This document shows, piece by piece, positions 1 to 13,356 of a stretch of DNA of 64,000 bases. The notes under the pieces were generated by a model that saw only the letters and a program-made list of their open reading frames with translations, had not been told where the DNA came from and did not search any database. Made by a program: the position numbers and the translations under genes. This DNA is from Haliotis rubra. Taxonomy: Eukaryota. The DNA lies in contig NW_025767431.1 of assembly GCF_003918875.1 (NCBI RefSeq), positions 372,001-436,000 of the forward strand, written 5' to 3'. Positions within the stretch are counted from its first letter, which is position 1. The number at the start of each line of letters is the position of its first letter.

Positions 1-1549
1 AAATCCGTGTTATATAAGGCTAGATTCATGATTTTCGTTATGGTTGCTCTCTCGTGAAAGTTCCCATCCAACAGTTACTGTTTTTTCATTTGAGAAATTT
101 TACGAAAGTATTTTTGTTTAGATTAACACAATATCATTCAACCGTACAATTCACGCACCCAAACCAATTTTGACTCTAACATTTCATGCCTAAAAGTAAG
201 GATTGCTGAATTGAACCAGATATTCAAAGACCTCACTATTTCACTTTTGCATACTAGCTGACAACATTGTACCTGAATAAACATTTCCAAAAGAACGTTA
301 TAAAACCCTTGGGCATTTCTCCTGCCATCTTCGAACACACAATGGCAGGCCGGGTTTTATCAGTATGCATAGAAAACACAACAATTCGTTTGAGCATGTG
401 TCAGTATCAGTACCTTGTATCGGGTTTGTCTGCTAAACGAGAAAATACTGAAATTCCACTTGAATTTTAATTACAGTTGCACGTATGAGAAAAACAATAC
501 ATGATGAAATATCGTTGTTAATGGCAGTATCTCATTTTGGATATATCAGTGAATATGGGATTTGAATGACAACATGGTATTGAATGTTTATGATATAATA
601 ACACATACTGAAGATGGACATGAGAATATATATGTTGATGAATAATTATGGCAGTATGTACATGTCAAACATGCAGATGTGATTGCCATTGCTTGGAATG
701 ATGAGATGATTAAATGTTAGACATAGACATTGACAACAGTTGTGTAGATTGCAGCAAACATCGGTTTATGGAAGATGGAGATACATCGATAGCCAATATT
801 GAAAGGTGAGTCTCAGTGTTTAAACACTGGATGTTTGCTCTCCCATTAAGGTCTCTTCTGTGTCTGTAAGAAAAACCTTTATCGTGAGTTACGTCTTGTA
901 TGCTTCTATTTTGGAGGTATTCACAGCGTACAATGGGAGCGCTGTCGACCTGTATGTAATCGAAAACACCAAAAGCTACAATACACTGTTTAATGATAAC
1001 TCGAAACATTTGCCAGTTATACAAGTGTAATCGATTCAGTTTTAATTTTAATTTAGCTGGGTGTTTATGTGCAAAATAATTTAACAGTATTATACTGACC
1101 CATATTTTGCCATCATTTTTCTCTAAGAAAAGACATAAATTGAGTGCATCAAACACACTGAAGATACTGGTGCAGGGGAGGTAACTGTGGCTTGCGATGG
1201 CTAAAACATTTCACATTCATCTTTGATATAATGAAGCTGTTTACTACATGCGAAAGTTTCCAACCTGTGATGTACATATCACAACAACATGAACCGTAAC
1301 ATGTCATTGACAGGTCTCGTTTTCACCAAACAAAGTATATAATAATACAGTTATGTTTCTTTCATACATGTGCAAGTCCTGCTATCATACAAGTCTAAGG
1401 TCTGATTTTCAGTTTCCCCGAAGTTGCACAAACATTTATAAATTGGTCTTAACGTGAGGAATATAATCATGTCTAATTCGTTGCATAATTCTAAAGACGT
1501 GAGATATGAAATAAGATCAGACGTTAGGATGAATTATTACATAAATACT

Positions 1550-3215
1550 TTAATAGCTGAAAGGTATCCAAATATATATACCATCTTCGGTCGTTTGTAT
1601 GTCTCTGTTGTCATATCTGACTGGTCCTCGGGGTGTTTGTCTCTGTTTCCATCTCCAGAAGGCAACAACAGCTACCAATAGTATTACGGCCAGGAAAAAT
1701 GACATCAAACAGACGATGGCAACAGCATGAGGAGAAGCTTGTATTAACAGAGATGTCATCAGATTTGTAAAGTTTCCAGTGTCATGTTCGCCTTAACACA
1801 TTTGCACAATATATTGATGGTAATTGCAAAGAATTATGAACAATTTATTTTTTCAACTGCCCATTACAGTTAACAGATACTTTCTGAGGCCAAACAACTT
1901 CTCAACAACTTGATGTCATCTCATTACATGTGAGGAAAATCTTTACAGATGCTGAATAATATAGTTACCATCTTGCACCGTTATCCCATCTGGACTCACC
2001 AACGTGGCAGACGAAGACTTCAAGTTCTCAGTAACAGTGACTGCTTTCTCGTTTGCATCCTCAACTGCCAATATGTGATCAATATATTGATATCGTCATC
2101 AACGAGGAAAGCATACATTGTATCATATACTTTGCACCTTTTGCCTTAGTTGTATACAGAGAGAGAGAGAGNNNNNNNNNNNNNNNNNNNNNNNNNNNNN
2201 NNNNNNNNNNNNNNNNNNNNNNNNNNNNNNNNNNNNNNNNNNNNNNNNNNNNNNNNNNNNNNNNNNNNNNNNNNNNNNNNNNNNNNNNNNNNNNNNNNNN
2301 NNNNNNNNNNNNNNNNNNNNNNNNNNNNNNNNNNNNNNNNNNNNNNNNNNNNNNNNNNNNNNNNNNNNNNNNNNNNNNNNNNNNNNNNNNNNNNNNNNNN
2401 NNNNNNNNNNNNNNNNNNNNNNNNNNNNNNNNNNNNNNNNNNNNNNNNNNNNNNNNNNNNNNNNNNNNNNNNNNNNNNNNNNNNNNNNNNNNNNNNNNNN
2501 NNNNNNNNNNNNNNNNNNNNNNNNNNNNNNNNNNNNNNNNNNNNNNNNNNNNNNNNNNNNNNNNNNNNNNNNNNNACACATCCANNNNNNNNNNNNNNNN
2601 NNNNNNNNNNNNNNNNNNNNNNNNNNNNNNNNNNNNNNNNNNNNNNNNNNNNNNNNNNNNNNNNNNNNNNNNNNNNNNNNNNNNNNNNNNNNNNNNNNNN
2701 NNNNNNNNNNNNNNNNNNNNNNNNNNNNNNNNNNNNNNNNNNNNNNNNNNNNNNNNNNNNNNNNTATGTTCATTTACCGGGACATAAATCTTGACACTTC
2801 TTCAACCTCCCTTGGACCTCAGCCTGGTGGCAGAGATGAGCACAGCTGCGGCAGTCTCTTGTATCACCATCGTAATAATAATCTCTTTGGCAGGCTGTAG
2901 AATCAAATCAACATTGTATATAATTGAACAAATAGAGTCTCTAGATTGATGACAGTTGATCGTCAGTGCTCAGAGTATTGGTCTTTGTAACATTGATATG
3001 ATCACTGAAGACGCCACAATTGCCTGCTGACGGATCAAGAACCTTGTCGCTACTCGTGATAAGACATGACAGTCGTATGAAACTTCGTCGTTGCCGTTAA
3101 TCGTGTGTGTTATTCGTGTGGAAGCAGTCTGTGCACATTCATAAATCACATGCATACATAAGACGTTTGTTTCCGGAAACACTACCCTACATTCACCATC
3201 ACTTGGAGGCAACAT
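1550..3215 (-). CDS. TNFRSF13/Grindelwald-like single-CRD transmembrane receptor, paralog D (terminal exons uncertain)
   Basis: Phase-1 exons with AG/GT borders. CRD exon 2778-2894 reads CQRDYYYDGDTRDCRSCAHLCHQAEVQGRLKKCQDLCP (not in the ORF track). Stalk exon 1969-2064 (VEDANEKAVTVTENLKSSSATLVSPDGITVQD, 96 nt as in paralog A). TM exon from 1791 (AVAIVCLMSFFLAVILLVAVVAFWRWKQR), ending at a donor after 1582 or the stop at 1550. Candidate first exon 3197-3215 (MLPPSD|gtgaat) is tentative. An N gap lies in the CRD-stalk intron. Confidence 0.7.
2172..2764. other. Assembly gaps (N runs 2172-2575 and 2585-2764) after a (GA)n microsatellite
   Basis: N characters. Confidence 0.99.
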
Positions 3216-4109
3216 GTATGTTGAAGATTGTAATGACGCAAGTAGTGTTACGAGAAAAGATACAATGCGAGTGTACGAGCAATGTGTTCAGTACCTTTCA
3301 TGATCCACCCATTACCGCCTTATTTAAATAACCCGCTACACGCAGGGAGCGGTCATTACATAGGACGTGCCCTGCGATGGTCTCTGTTTGTTTTCAGTAA
3401 TTCACAGCATATATGTAGCTGTTTGTTTTGATGATGTATACTATTGAACCTTAGTAATTTTAGAATGAAATATAAGATTAGGACAATGGAGAACTGTGAC
3501 AGGTTTTGTAAACCATCACTGTGCACTCTCCCCAGCTGTGGAGAAGTCAGTCTGACACACATCCAGCTGTGTTTCTTCCGGTTGTGTGTTCTGTCATAGA
3601 ACAAGCCACTCGACATTGAACCCCTTTTCAATGTGTTCATGCAGATATTCAGAAAGACTCTCTCGGGTAAATCAGTTTCTGTCAGTTGTTGTGTCCTTTT
3701 ATATGTCCCTAAATCTGTACAGCAGTCATCATGCGTCAATATTAAAAAAAATGTGTGAATAGAACGCCAACGCTATGGAACACCCAGTCTCGATAATCCG
3801 ACGAAATAAAATTCCATTGGGCGTCCACTGCAAAACATGGCTGAAAATTCAATGAATGAATGAAAAGATTCGCAACCCAAACAGTGGATTATAATGCAGG
3901 TTTTTATTTCGTTCGATGTGTTTATGTTTCATTAAATATGTATAATCAGTAAATATGTAAATTTACTGATTCCGTCAGGGATTATGTATATTTACTGAAA
4001 TTATCAGGAAATACCATATTAACTGAAATCTGCACTGATTCATTATACATATTTATTGAAATCAAGATCAACTGCAACATGTTCTTGATCAAACTTAACA
4101 AGTGCATTA

Positions 4110-4265
4110 GTGAGTAAGTGAGTTTAGCTTTACGCCGATTTCAGGCAATATTCCAGCAACATTACGTCAGGGGGCACCAGAAATGGGCTTCACATATTGT
4201 ACCCATGTGGGGAATCTAACCCAGGTTTTTTGAGTGACGACTGAAAGCTTTAACCACCAGGCTAC
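4110..4265 (-). mobile_element. tRNA-derived SINE, family 1
   Basis: Matches the 32066-32232 copy (caccagaaatgggcttcaca..ttgtacccatgtggggaatc); (ACTC)n-type tail. Confidence 0.8.
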
Positions 4266-4789
4266 TGGGTGCACTTTACGGATGTACCATAAATTACATT
4301 TTATAATCTAAGAGACAAGTTGTAACTAACAGGACATTTGTGCCCTAGGCTTCAAATGTAAGCAACAAAATATTTCATATAAAATATATAAATATATATG
4401 AACATAACGTCAATACAACCATCTTGACTGTCCTTAGAAACAGATTCTATCTGACGGAAAGGTCGATATAGATGTGAGAAGTATCTGAATAGTCAACTGA
4501 AAATCAGCCTTGATACCAGGTGTCTGCGTGGGGTGTCTCTACTCAAAGTCGCATCATGTGTTTATGAATCACGTTTCACTTAATACAGTAATAATTTCCC
4601 CGTATATGCATTGTTTTGCTATATATATGGCGAAATCGTTGGGTCCATATCTGGACCCGGCGAGATAACCCAAAACGTCCGGGCTCCAAGCGGGGAAGAT
4701 AACCGATATCTGGTTCCTCAATTTTGTGCTCGACGTCATGGAATGTAACACAATAAAATGACGTCATGTATTCCTTGACGTCAGATTTA

Positions 4790-5690
4790 GTTGCTCCTTT
4801 GATTGGCATTCTTGAAGTTGGGTAGATGAAGAATGGGGACTATTTTTATGGATATACAACTTCTTTATTCTAAATAGGCGATGTTTCGATATAGATTCTA
4901 ATGTCGTTGTCAAGCAAGTGATACATGGGAAGTATTTTGGGTGATATATATACATGAGATGTTTGTACAATAGATGAGGGATGAGGCGAAAATGAGTTGG
5001 TTAGACAATAGAATAGGTTGATAACACAGGATTAAGTAGGTTGGTAGGAAGCCAGTAAAGAACATGTACATAGTTGTATACATAAGGGATAAAGGATGTT
5101 GATGGGCAGCCAGTAGGAAATGATATACATAGGTTGTTTACATAAGTGGTAAAGGGACTGTTGGGAAGCTAGTGGTGAAGTGATGTTTACACAATAGATG
5201 TACAATAGATAATGTACAGTGTTACACAATGGATAATGTACAGTGCTACAAAAGGGATAACGTACAGTGTTACACACTAGATAATGTACAGTGTTACACA
5301 CTAGATAATGTTTAGTGTTACACAATGGATAATGTACAATGGTTGAGTAGGGTTACATGAAGTTAATTGAGCAAGTGATGATAGGCCTTGGGGGTGAAAT
5401 ATCCTTAATCTCTGTTAATGGCTGAGCAAATCTTCTTTATGTGGACAGCTTCAAGTAGTTTTCGGGTTTTGAAATCAGGCTAGTTCCTTTCGATGACTTT
5501 GGTGGTGTTCCAACTGATGTTGTGGTTCGGGTTGGCTTTAAGGTGGTCGGTTATGGCGGATATGTTTCTTACTGAGTCCTGGGGTTCTTTGATCCTAATG
5601 GTGACTGGTCTTGATGTTTCATCAATATAGGATTCGCCTCAGTCCCATTCTATCTGGTTTAGATTTAGTTGCGGCAAACTTTGGCAGGTG
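4790..5690 (-). mobile_element. Penelope-like retroelement remnant (GIY-YIG endonuclease 3' part plus pLTR)
   Basis: Minus strand reads ESYIDETSRPVTIRIKE..SAITDHLKANPNHNISWNTTKVIERN*PDFKTRKLLEAVHIKKICSAINRD*, with in-frame stops. Terminal segment 4790-4925 recurs at 32717-32888 and 62440-62580. Confidence 0.8.
5208..5340. repeat. 24-bp minisatellite (gataatgtacagtgttacacaatg), ~5.5 copies
   Basis: Units start at 5208, 5232, 5256, 5280, 5304, 5328. Confidence 0.9.
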
Positions 5691-5699
5691 ATCGGACGC

Positions 5700-5960
5700 T
5701 AGCGTCGCTTTCCAGTAGATTGATGAAACTGAATGAATAAGTGGAACGGGGGAAATTCCTTCGGATGAATTCAATGAGCCGAAGTATGTTGAAAGTATGA
5801 AAAAAGAAAATACAAGAAGAAAAACGGAGTATAATGTGAAGATGCTCAACACCTGGCTGTTATCGGAGAAGGGGATCGTGAAATTTTGCAAATCGACGCG
5901 AAAGTATTGGACCCGTATCCGACATGCTTATGTTTCGTCAGCAAGAAAAACTGTACGTTT
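5700..5960 (+). mobile_element. Probable Crypton (DUF3504/tyrosine recombinase) N-terminal relic
   Basis: MKKENTRRKTEYNVKMLNTWLLSEKG...YVSSARK resembles the NTxxxTxxxxxxFxxW and ARKKDG region of Crypton-derived proteins. Confidence 0.45.
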
Positions 5961-6390
5961 TCAGTGTTTGAGTCAAATATTTTTGCAATGTATAAAGGTT
6001 TTTAAAAATGATAGATTCTTGCTTGGTAAGTATTAAGTGATAACAAATATTATCACCAAACATCGTTTGTAAGTGACACATCAAATGTGGCTAAGCATTC
6101 TTTAATTTCTCTGGTATGAGGCCTTTGGCAGGTTATAATTCTTTTTGTGTATCGCATAACAATATGTGCACTAATATCAATCACAGCCATGCTTGAATCA
6201 TTCTTAATATACGAAATTTTCGAAAACTCACAAGGAACTAACCCTCATCCCTACTGGCTGACATTGGTTGGTCAGCCTTATGACTTGTTTCATTATGTAT
6301 GCTTTCTGTATGGGATGTTGTTTATGATATTGTTTAGTGCAGGCCATTTACAGGCTGTCCAGAAAGGCCTTGAAATTTGAGTGTGGCATT

Positions 6391-8437
6391 TCACGGTGTT
6401 TTTTGTAGATTGGTAGTAATATACCATGTTGTGCGGGGGGTGTCGTTGTGTTTCTTTTGTATTTCGAAGGATGGGATTGCTCTTTTCAGGAGCACAGCAA
6501 GCGCCATGATTGAAATCAAGATGATCAGAACAGACAGAATAACGACCGCGTATTGTGCTCCGGGGGAACTATCTGAAAGAAAGAAAATTATAATGATTAA
6601 ATTTTAGAAATGGAAAACACTCGAATGTCACTGATACTGAATATATAGTCAAACATCATTGTGTCGACCTTTAATGTGCCGAACTGCGTATTTCCAATAC
6701 ACTCTCAAATTGTGTCGAACCTTGGATAACTTGGAGTATTTACGTAGTGTCATTCAACTTCCACACACGTGTTTCATTCTATATACATTTGGGAAGATGG
6801 TGTGAATATAATATTCTGGGAAACCCCTTTCAAAGGGGAGAAATTGACAATCGATACTTGACATTTTTAATTACAAGTAATGTAAAAAAAAAGCTCCTGG
6901 CTTTGTGGAGGGAATCTCATCTGGGACATTAGGATAATGATCCACCTATGCTTCAATCAGGGACCATGCTGCTCATCTATAGTTTTAATGTACTTGATAT
7001 GTACAAGACAGAGACAGAGCAAATACATGCTAGTTTTGTTCAAAAACATAGATACAGTTGAATGAATCACAGAGTTGCGTCACTTTAAGTAGCATTAAAA
7101 CACTGTCTAACAACAGTTTTCATAGAGGTAACATATGCTACATATATATAGTTTGTTTGCAGTGAAAAAGAACCGATGAATTTCACTTTAAGCGAAAAAG
7201 TAAATTGAATAAAGTGAAATTAAGCTTGCGAATCCTCATAATTTTACCTAACCAATTGAACATGTAATTATCAGAATTTTATTCAACTTAGGATAAAAGT
7301 TGTTTAACAAACGATCATAGATTCAAATCGCTATTATTGGTTTGTATTACATGGGGTAAGCGCAGCATTTGGAATAGTGAAACAAATGCACGTACTGTAC
7401 TTGATAAGCTTTAACTTAGACCAAACCAGCTTGTTGTCTGAGTTTCATTTAATGTGCTTATCCCCTTGTAATACAAATCAATAATAGCGATTTGAAAATA
7501 CAGTGTATCCTCGTTTGTTAAAAAACTTTTATCCTAAGTTAAATAAGATTCTGAGGTTTAAATGTTCAACTGGCAAGTAACACTTATGAGAATTCGCAAT
7601 CTCAGTTTCACTTTATTCGATTTACTTTTTTGTTTAAGGTGAAATTTTCACTGCTAACAGACTATTGGGTTATTAATGACAATGATTGTAGAATGCATAC
7701 TAATTGGCAAATCTGATCCTATAATGAATATACATCAACTGCAAAACATGTTACTTTCTATACCCACATTTGAACATCAACTGCAATTCCAAGTAGGCAT
7801 ATAATTAATACTAGGCATTTGTTTCATTTTTGTCTCCAGCTTTATTTTTGTCGGACACTCTGAAAGATATATACTTGTTGCCTTCAGTGCAAATTACTGC
7901 AGGATCGAAATGCACGTTTTCTTTTAGGATTGTTTTACTTACCACTGCTCAGGTTGATGGTTGATTGCTCGTAAGCAGGTGTCACAAAGTGTGTGACCTG
8001 ATCAATCGGTACATCCGTGACAGGCGCTCCGACACCGACTGAAACGCATGAGCCATTTATGGAATGACCACACATGAAGATTGAAATAAAGTGCAGTGTT
8101 ATCCTCACAAATTCAAGTTTATAATGCATGATACATGAAATGCATTTACTACAAAGTGTGTGATTACTGTAGAAATAGATTCATATATTTCATGTAAATA
8201 CCTTTGTGTTCTGAAAATGGAAATACATTTTATTCTAAAGAAGTATCGGTCTTAAGGTGTCATTTTCAGTGGTTTCATTCTGTTATTTACATTTTTTACA
8301 ATACCTGGACAATATTTTCGACAAAGTTCGACCGTCCCTCTGACAGTAGCTTGGTGGCATAATTCATCACAAGGTTGGCATGTCCCAGACACTGGTTCCA
8401 AGTAAAAGTCGTTTGAGCACTTCGACATCTTCGACAT
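6391..8437 (-). CDS. TNFRSF13/Grindelwald-like single-CRD transmembrane receptor, paralog A (~136 aa, no signal peptide)
   Basis: CRD exon 8305-8437 (MSKMSKCSNDFYLEPVSGTCQPCDELCHQATVRGTVELCRKYCP). Stalk exon 7943-8038 (VGVGAPVTDVPIDQVTHFVTPAYEQSTINLSS). TM exon 6572-6391 (DSSPGAQYAVVILSVLIILISIMALAVLLKRAIPSFEIQKKHNDTPRTTWYITTNLQKTP*). All junctions phase 1. In-frame stops lie just upstream of the ATG. The 3' end could splice further. Confidence 0.8.
6818..6827. promoter_or_regulatory. NF-kB-consensus site GGGAAACCCC in an intron of paralog A
   Basis: Matches GGGRNNYYCC; motif match only. Confidence 0.3.
7148..7665. mobile_element. Foldback/MITE element with ~210-bp imperfect inverted arms
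   Basis: 7148-7365 is the reverse complement of 7454-7665 (atagtttgtttgcagtgaaaa ... ttttcactgctaacagactat). Confidence 0.85.
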
Positions 8438-9940
8438 ACCTCTTCTGGTTCACACTGCTGATTAAAGACAGACTGTAGATAAGGGACGCCATGATTGATT
8501 TATCATTATTTGCATTTTAAAAGAATAAAGGTTATGTTTTGTCTTTTGAAACAGAAACAATATTCTGTCACAATTATCATAACTGTCCTATGAAAATATA
8601 ATCATATTGAATTTACTTTTCTTTAACAAAGTATAGCCGATAGAATTATACAGTTAGGGACTGAAATTGGACAATATGTACTACTCAAAAAGACTGAAGA
8701 ACAACTGATTATTATAAATTTATCTGTCCTGACATTGAAGGCGTTATTAGGCGTCTTTTGAGGAGCATTTATGGTATGGTGCAACTGTCTCCTGAGTTGC
8801 AATTCGCTGTGTGTCCCTTTATAAGTCAGAAATTTATGATCGGTGGATAATATTCCAACCTCGAAATCTGATCATGTTTCAAGGTTTCACCAGCACCGTA
8901 TATGTTCTCGAGGGTTTCACCCAAGGAACAAACGCAACGGACCTGCATCGGATGGTGCTTACTTCTTACGCCATGATATAACTGGAATATCACTCACTCA
9001 CTCCAACCCCCCAAAAACAACACACACACATGCGCGCACGCGCACACATACCCACAAACACACTCACTCCGCGCTATTTTCGCGGATTATCTTTCCACTC
9101 TACCCAGGTGACCTTTGGAAGTGACGTCGACGTCACCACTCTTACTGTTAATTTTCCATAGAACGTCTCTTGTGTGTGAATCTGATTAGACAAGTTTTGT
9201 CGTTCTTTCGGATGAATAGAACAGATCTTGTATTTTTATTAATGAATGTCACAAAGATATATGGCCGAATGTATCATTTCATAAGTTATAACATAAATCA
9301 GTTTATGACGTCTAGGCATCGACTCTCTACAGCAATAATTCGCTCAAATGGCAAAACAACATTTGTGTAGTACTAAAGTGTAGACTTCTATAGTCTGTAC
9401 TGTAGAGTATGTGTAGATCGTAGTTGTACTTTCATTTTATATTGTCATAACTTGTACCTTGTCCACTTCATATTGAACAAAATAGGTTAAAACTAAGACA
9501 AAGTATCAATAAATGTCTGATTAATCGAACGTATAAAACGGTTTCTACTCACCAGTATGTCTGTCGTAATACCAACACATCTTTCAGTGACTTTGGTATT
9601 CCCTATCATTATGACTAAAAGGAAGCTGACATCACCGGAAAACCTGACTCACTGCACAATATGTCCATATAGGTTTGGTGACAGTACTGCCATATTAATT
9701 CCTTTGTAGCTATTTGTATCGATTTTGTAAACTTCGTTAATTATGTAAGACAATAATTGTTAAGTATATCAAATCTTTTTGTTGTTGGTAGTTGTTTTTT
9801 TCACAGATTGATTCCTGATCAACTTTTAGTTTCAGCTTGGGGGTCGACACATAACAGTCAATTAATAACAACGCCAAACCCTTTGGAAAATCCATGGCTG
9901 TATAGTCATGACTAGTACAAGCTATTAAATGGTATTGAAC

Positions 9941-10148
9941 GCGTGAAGATCCGTGTTAGATTATTTCTTCCCATGTTTGTCGTAAGAGACGACTAACGGG
10001 TCAAGCTCGCTGACTGGGTTGACACATGTCATAGTATCCTAATTGTGAAGATTGAAGGTTATGATGTCAATCACTGGATTGTCTGGTCCACACTCGATTA
10101 TTTACTGACCTTGCAAATTGCTGAGTGCGGTGTTATACAACAAACAAG
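9941..10148 (+). mobile_element. SINE family 2 (gtcgtaagaggcgactaa core)
   Basis: Homologous to 19500-19743. Confidence 0.75.
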
Positions 10149-11349
10149 CATTAAATAGAATGATATCACGAAAAGGTGGCTTCTTCAAAGTATTTGGATT
10201 TCTTTTATTAATACACTTTCATTAACCTAACTTGCTGCATTTGACTTCATATTAATATTTTCCACACTGAGTAACCACATACATTATATTTTACCAACTT
10301 CACACACGTGTCTTCATGTATTGGGTTTTACCAAATATTTAATATTCTGTTACAAACATATATGACAATAAGGAAGCAAAACAGCACTAAACATTTGTAT
10401 GGACCGCTGAAAATTAGTGATAACATCGGGTGTTCGCGAAGGAAGTTGCCCCTACCGATAGCAACCGCTACTTGCAGAATTTGGTGTACGAAAACAAGTG
10501 GCTCTTACTTGAAACCCATGAACTTAGGTACGGTGCTAAAAAAACTGTCAACATCTTGAAATCGATTCACGACTGCAGGTTTCATAGGTAAAGGAACGCA
10601 ACTGTAGACTGCAAGTGATTGTACGAGTGAATCAAGTTCCGTGCAGTGTACACAGAGGGCATACATTGCGGAAGTAAGATTTGTATAAACGTATTGTCGT
10701 TGAGATCGAATTCTACCACAAAACACCCGGTTTGATCAAATTATAGTTTACTTATATGGTAATTCCAGTCAGCTTGTTTACTGCCGTCGATCAAGGGCAT
10801 GAAGTAATTTAGTTGTGTCGGGAATTATTTCAATCATTAGCATGATACTTAGTTCTATCTAGATGGGTGTCCATGTCTCACACTGTTTTTCTCAAATTTT
10901 TCTTCTCTGAATCACCAACCTACGTACCAGTATTACACCCAAGAGACACAAAACTAGGTACTTTGGATGTGATCATGTTCAGCTAATATCGGATGCCTAG
11001 TCATACTACCAATGTATTGTCAACATTACGCATGCCCGTAGTCTAAAAGTATTAGTAAACTGGAGTGTCCCACCATGTATTTGTTGATCACTGTCCTTCC
11101 TACAACAGCCAAGAATGTGTCGTAAAATCTATGTACGTATCAGATCTGTTCTTTTCCTCTATACAATGAACCAAAACATGTGACTACATCAGAATATTAA
11201 ATGATAACAAGCAGCAACCACATAACAGCAGTAGGTGACGCTGTTTTAGAATGTAAGCTGCGTAGTTGGAGTTTCCGGCAAGTTCACTTCCCATTCTATA
11301 TATAGTGAGTCAGCCGCCGACATCAGATATTCTGTTTGCTTAAACCGAA

Positions 11350-11500
11350 TGGGTAAGTTTAGTTTTACGCCTCTTTCCGCAATATTATGTGAATATCACG
11401 GCGGGGGACACCAGAAATGGGTTGCACACATTGTACCCATGTGGGGAATCGAACCCGAACCCGACAGAACGCTTTTACCACTAGATTTCCCCACCAACCC
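11350..11500 (-). mobile_element. SINE family 1, partial
   Basis: gcgggggacaccagaaatgggttgcacacattgtacccatgtggggaatcgaaccc. Confidence 0.75.
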
Positions 11501-12024
11501 TACAAGCTATATGAGATTCTCTCAAGGTTTTCGTACTCCCATTCCTCATCTTTGCTCAACATGAAACAACCCAGGCGTTTTGTAATTTATTGGCTCATTT
11601 GACAAACAATATTACATGGTTGAAGATCAAAGTCAAGAGTAGAAAGATTGATAACTCTTTCCTTCCTATGTCGCTAGCCGCTAAAACATTTTCATATCAA
11701 AGGTCCGTGAAGCATTTGCATGCGATGACGGTAGTTTGTGGTATAAGAGTGTCGATGTCCGTTAGAGCTTTTTGAGAAATGGATGGGGGTGCTCAGTTCA
11801 TTTTCACCCTTTTTCATAGAGTTTCATGGCCATTTAATAATCTTTCAGGACGAAAGAGGGGGTGTCCACACCCCTGCACATCCCCCATCCCCCGGATCCG
11901 CCTATGTTGTGATACGTGGCCATTTGACTTGCCTTTACATCTGTTTGTGCCGAGTTCTACTGGTTTGACAGGATACGCTCACCCTTCGCAATCATCTGAT
12001 TGATAAATTCCCCAGACAATACTA

Positions 12025-12227
12025 GGTAGAACCGGTCTTTTGCAATTAAGCTCGAAGCGACTAACGGGATCGCGTGGTAGGGCTCTCTTTGATGCATCCC
12101 AATTACTTAGATTGATGTTCATGATGTCGGTCACTCGAGTGTCTGATCCAGACTCGATTATTTCAGACTGCCTTTATATATCATATAGCTAGAAAATTTG
12201 CTGAGTGCGACGTTAGCAAACAACAAA
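12025..12227 (+). mobile_element. SINE family 2, degenerate
   Basis: cgactaacgggatcg...ccagactcgattattt...ttgctgagtgcgacgtt. Confidence 0.65.
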
Positions 12228-12480
12228 CTCCTTGCAAAGCCGAAATCGCACAAGCGAATGTTTTGCCGTTGTTAATTCCCTTGGACATTTCTACCAGAAT
12301 CAGACATCAAAAAGAGGATAACTTGACTGAAAATAGGATGCTTTGAATTTCAAAACTGCCATCATCTCCAACAATAACTCTAAGCCTCGTCCCATGTCCT
12401 ACCCAAAAGATAGTTTTACTGGGTGATATCCAATCCCACGTAAAAACTAGAAACTTTGATAGTACACCCTTCCTCCCAGG

Positions 12481-12643
12481 AGTGAGTGAGTTAAGTGTTT
12501 AGCCGCTTCAGCAATATTGCAGCAATATCACGGCGGGGGACACCAGAAATGGGCTTCACACATTGTACCCATTTGGGGATTCGAACCCGGGTCTTCGATG
12601 TGACGAGCGAACGCTGTAATCACTAGGCTGACCCCACCTCCCC
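12481..12643 (-). mobile_element. SINE family 1
   Basis: Near full-length, with tRNA-like B box (ggttcgaatcc on minus strand). Confidence 0.85.
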
Positions 12644-13356
12644 TTTCTCCCTGGAATCACGCAATTCCGCTAATCAACTGTACAAACATCTCAGGGTGTT
12701 ATGTGTGTATAACATGATTTCCTGGGATGATTTATCTGTTTTGTAACGAACACACATATCGAGAGAACATACACATTTTATTCTACCTGGGACACACATT
12801 ACAACTACATGCAAACAGAATGCAAACATTATAGAGTCTAAACAACTAAGAAACCATAACTACAAATGTTAATATAAAGAAAACACCTACATCCATTCTA
12901 TCGTTTTATGCATGACATTAAGATTATGTAGCATTGTTCTGTGCTCAACACAATTATCTCAGTCTGCTCATAGAACCAAACAAAAACGATACAATGTTTG
13001 TCATGGCTGAGCTCTGTCGGTTGTACAGTATGCATTTGGCGATGTGCACTCTTATAGTACTACTATGTACCGATGGACATGACGCATACTCTCAAGCAGT
13101 CCTTTCTGTCATTTCTCTAGTTCATGCAGTCCTTTCTGTCAATTCTCTAGTTCAATCATTTTATTCTTCGTCTCTCCTCGGGCGCCGCTGTCCTTCTTCG
13201 TGTGATCTCGTCTCTCGCGAGAGTATTTGTCTTCCTGGCATCTCGACTTGATTATCTTGCCACTGAGGATCGTTCCAACATATCTTTCAAGTGTTCTGTC
13301 TTTAAATTGTCTTTTTCAATTCTTTTTCTTCAAAACGTTTTAATTTGTCTATCCCA

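Noticed and set aside
710-1156. 148-aa minus-strand ORF as a gene or as terminal exons of paralog D
   Set aside because: GTG start and no recognisable domain; candidate acceptors near 1200 and 950 could not be phased unambiguously
2053-2900. ORFs spanning N runs (also 46929-47281)
   Set aside because: Artefacts of assembly gaps
3356-3739. 127-aa ORF as the first exon of paralog D
   Set aside because: Its only plausible donor is phase 2, while the CRD exon needs phase 1; no clear signal peptide
9553-9609. MIGNTKVTERCVGITTDIL|gtgagt as a coding first exon of paralog A
   Set aside because: Not hydrophobic and cannot join the CRD frame through the best acceptor because of in-frame stops; at most a 5' UTR exon
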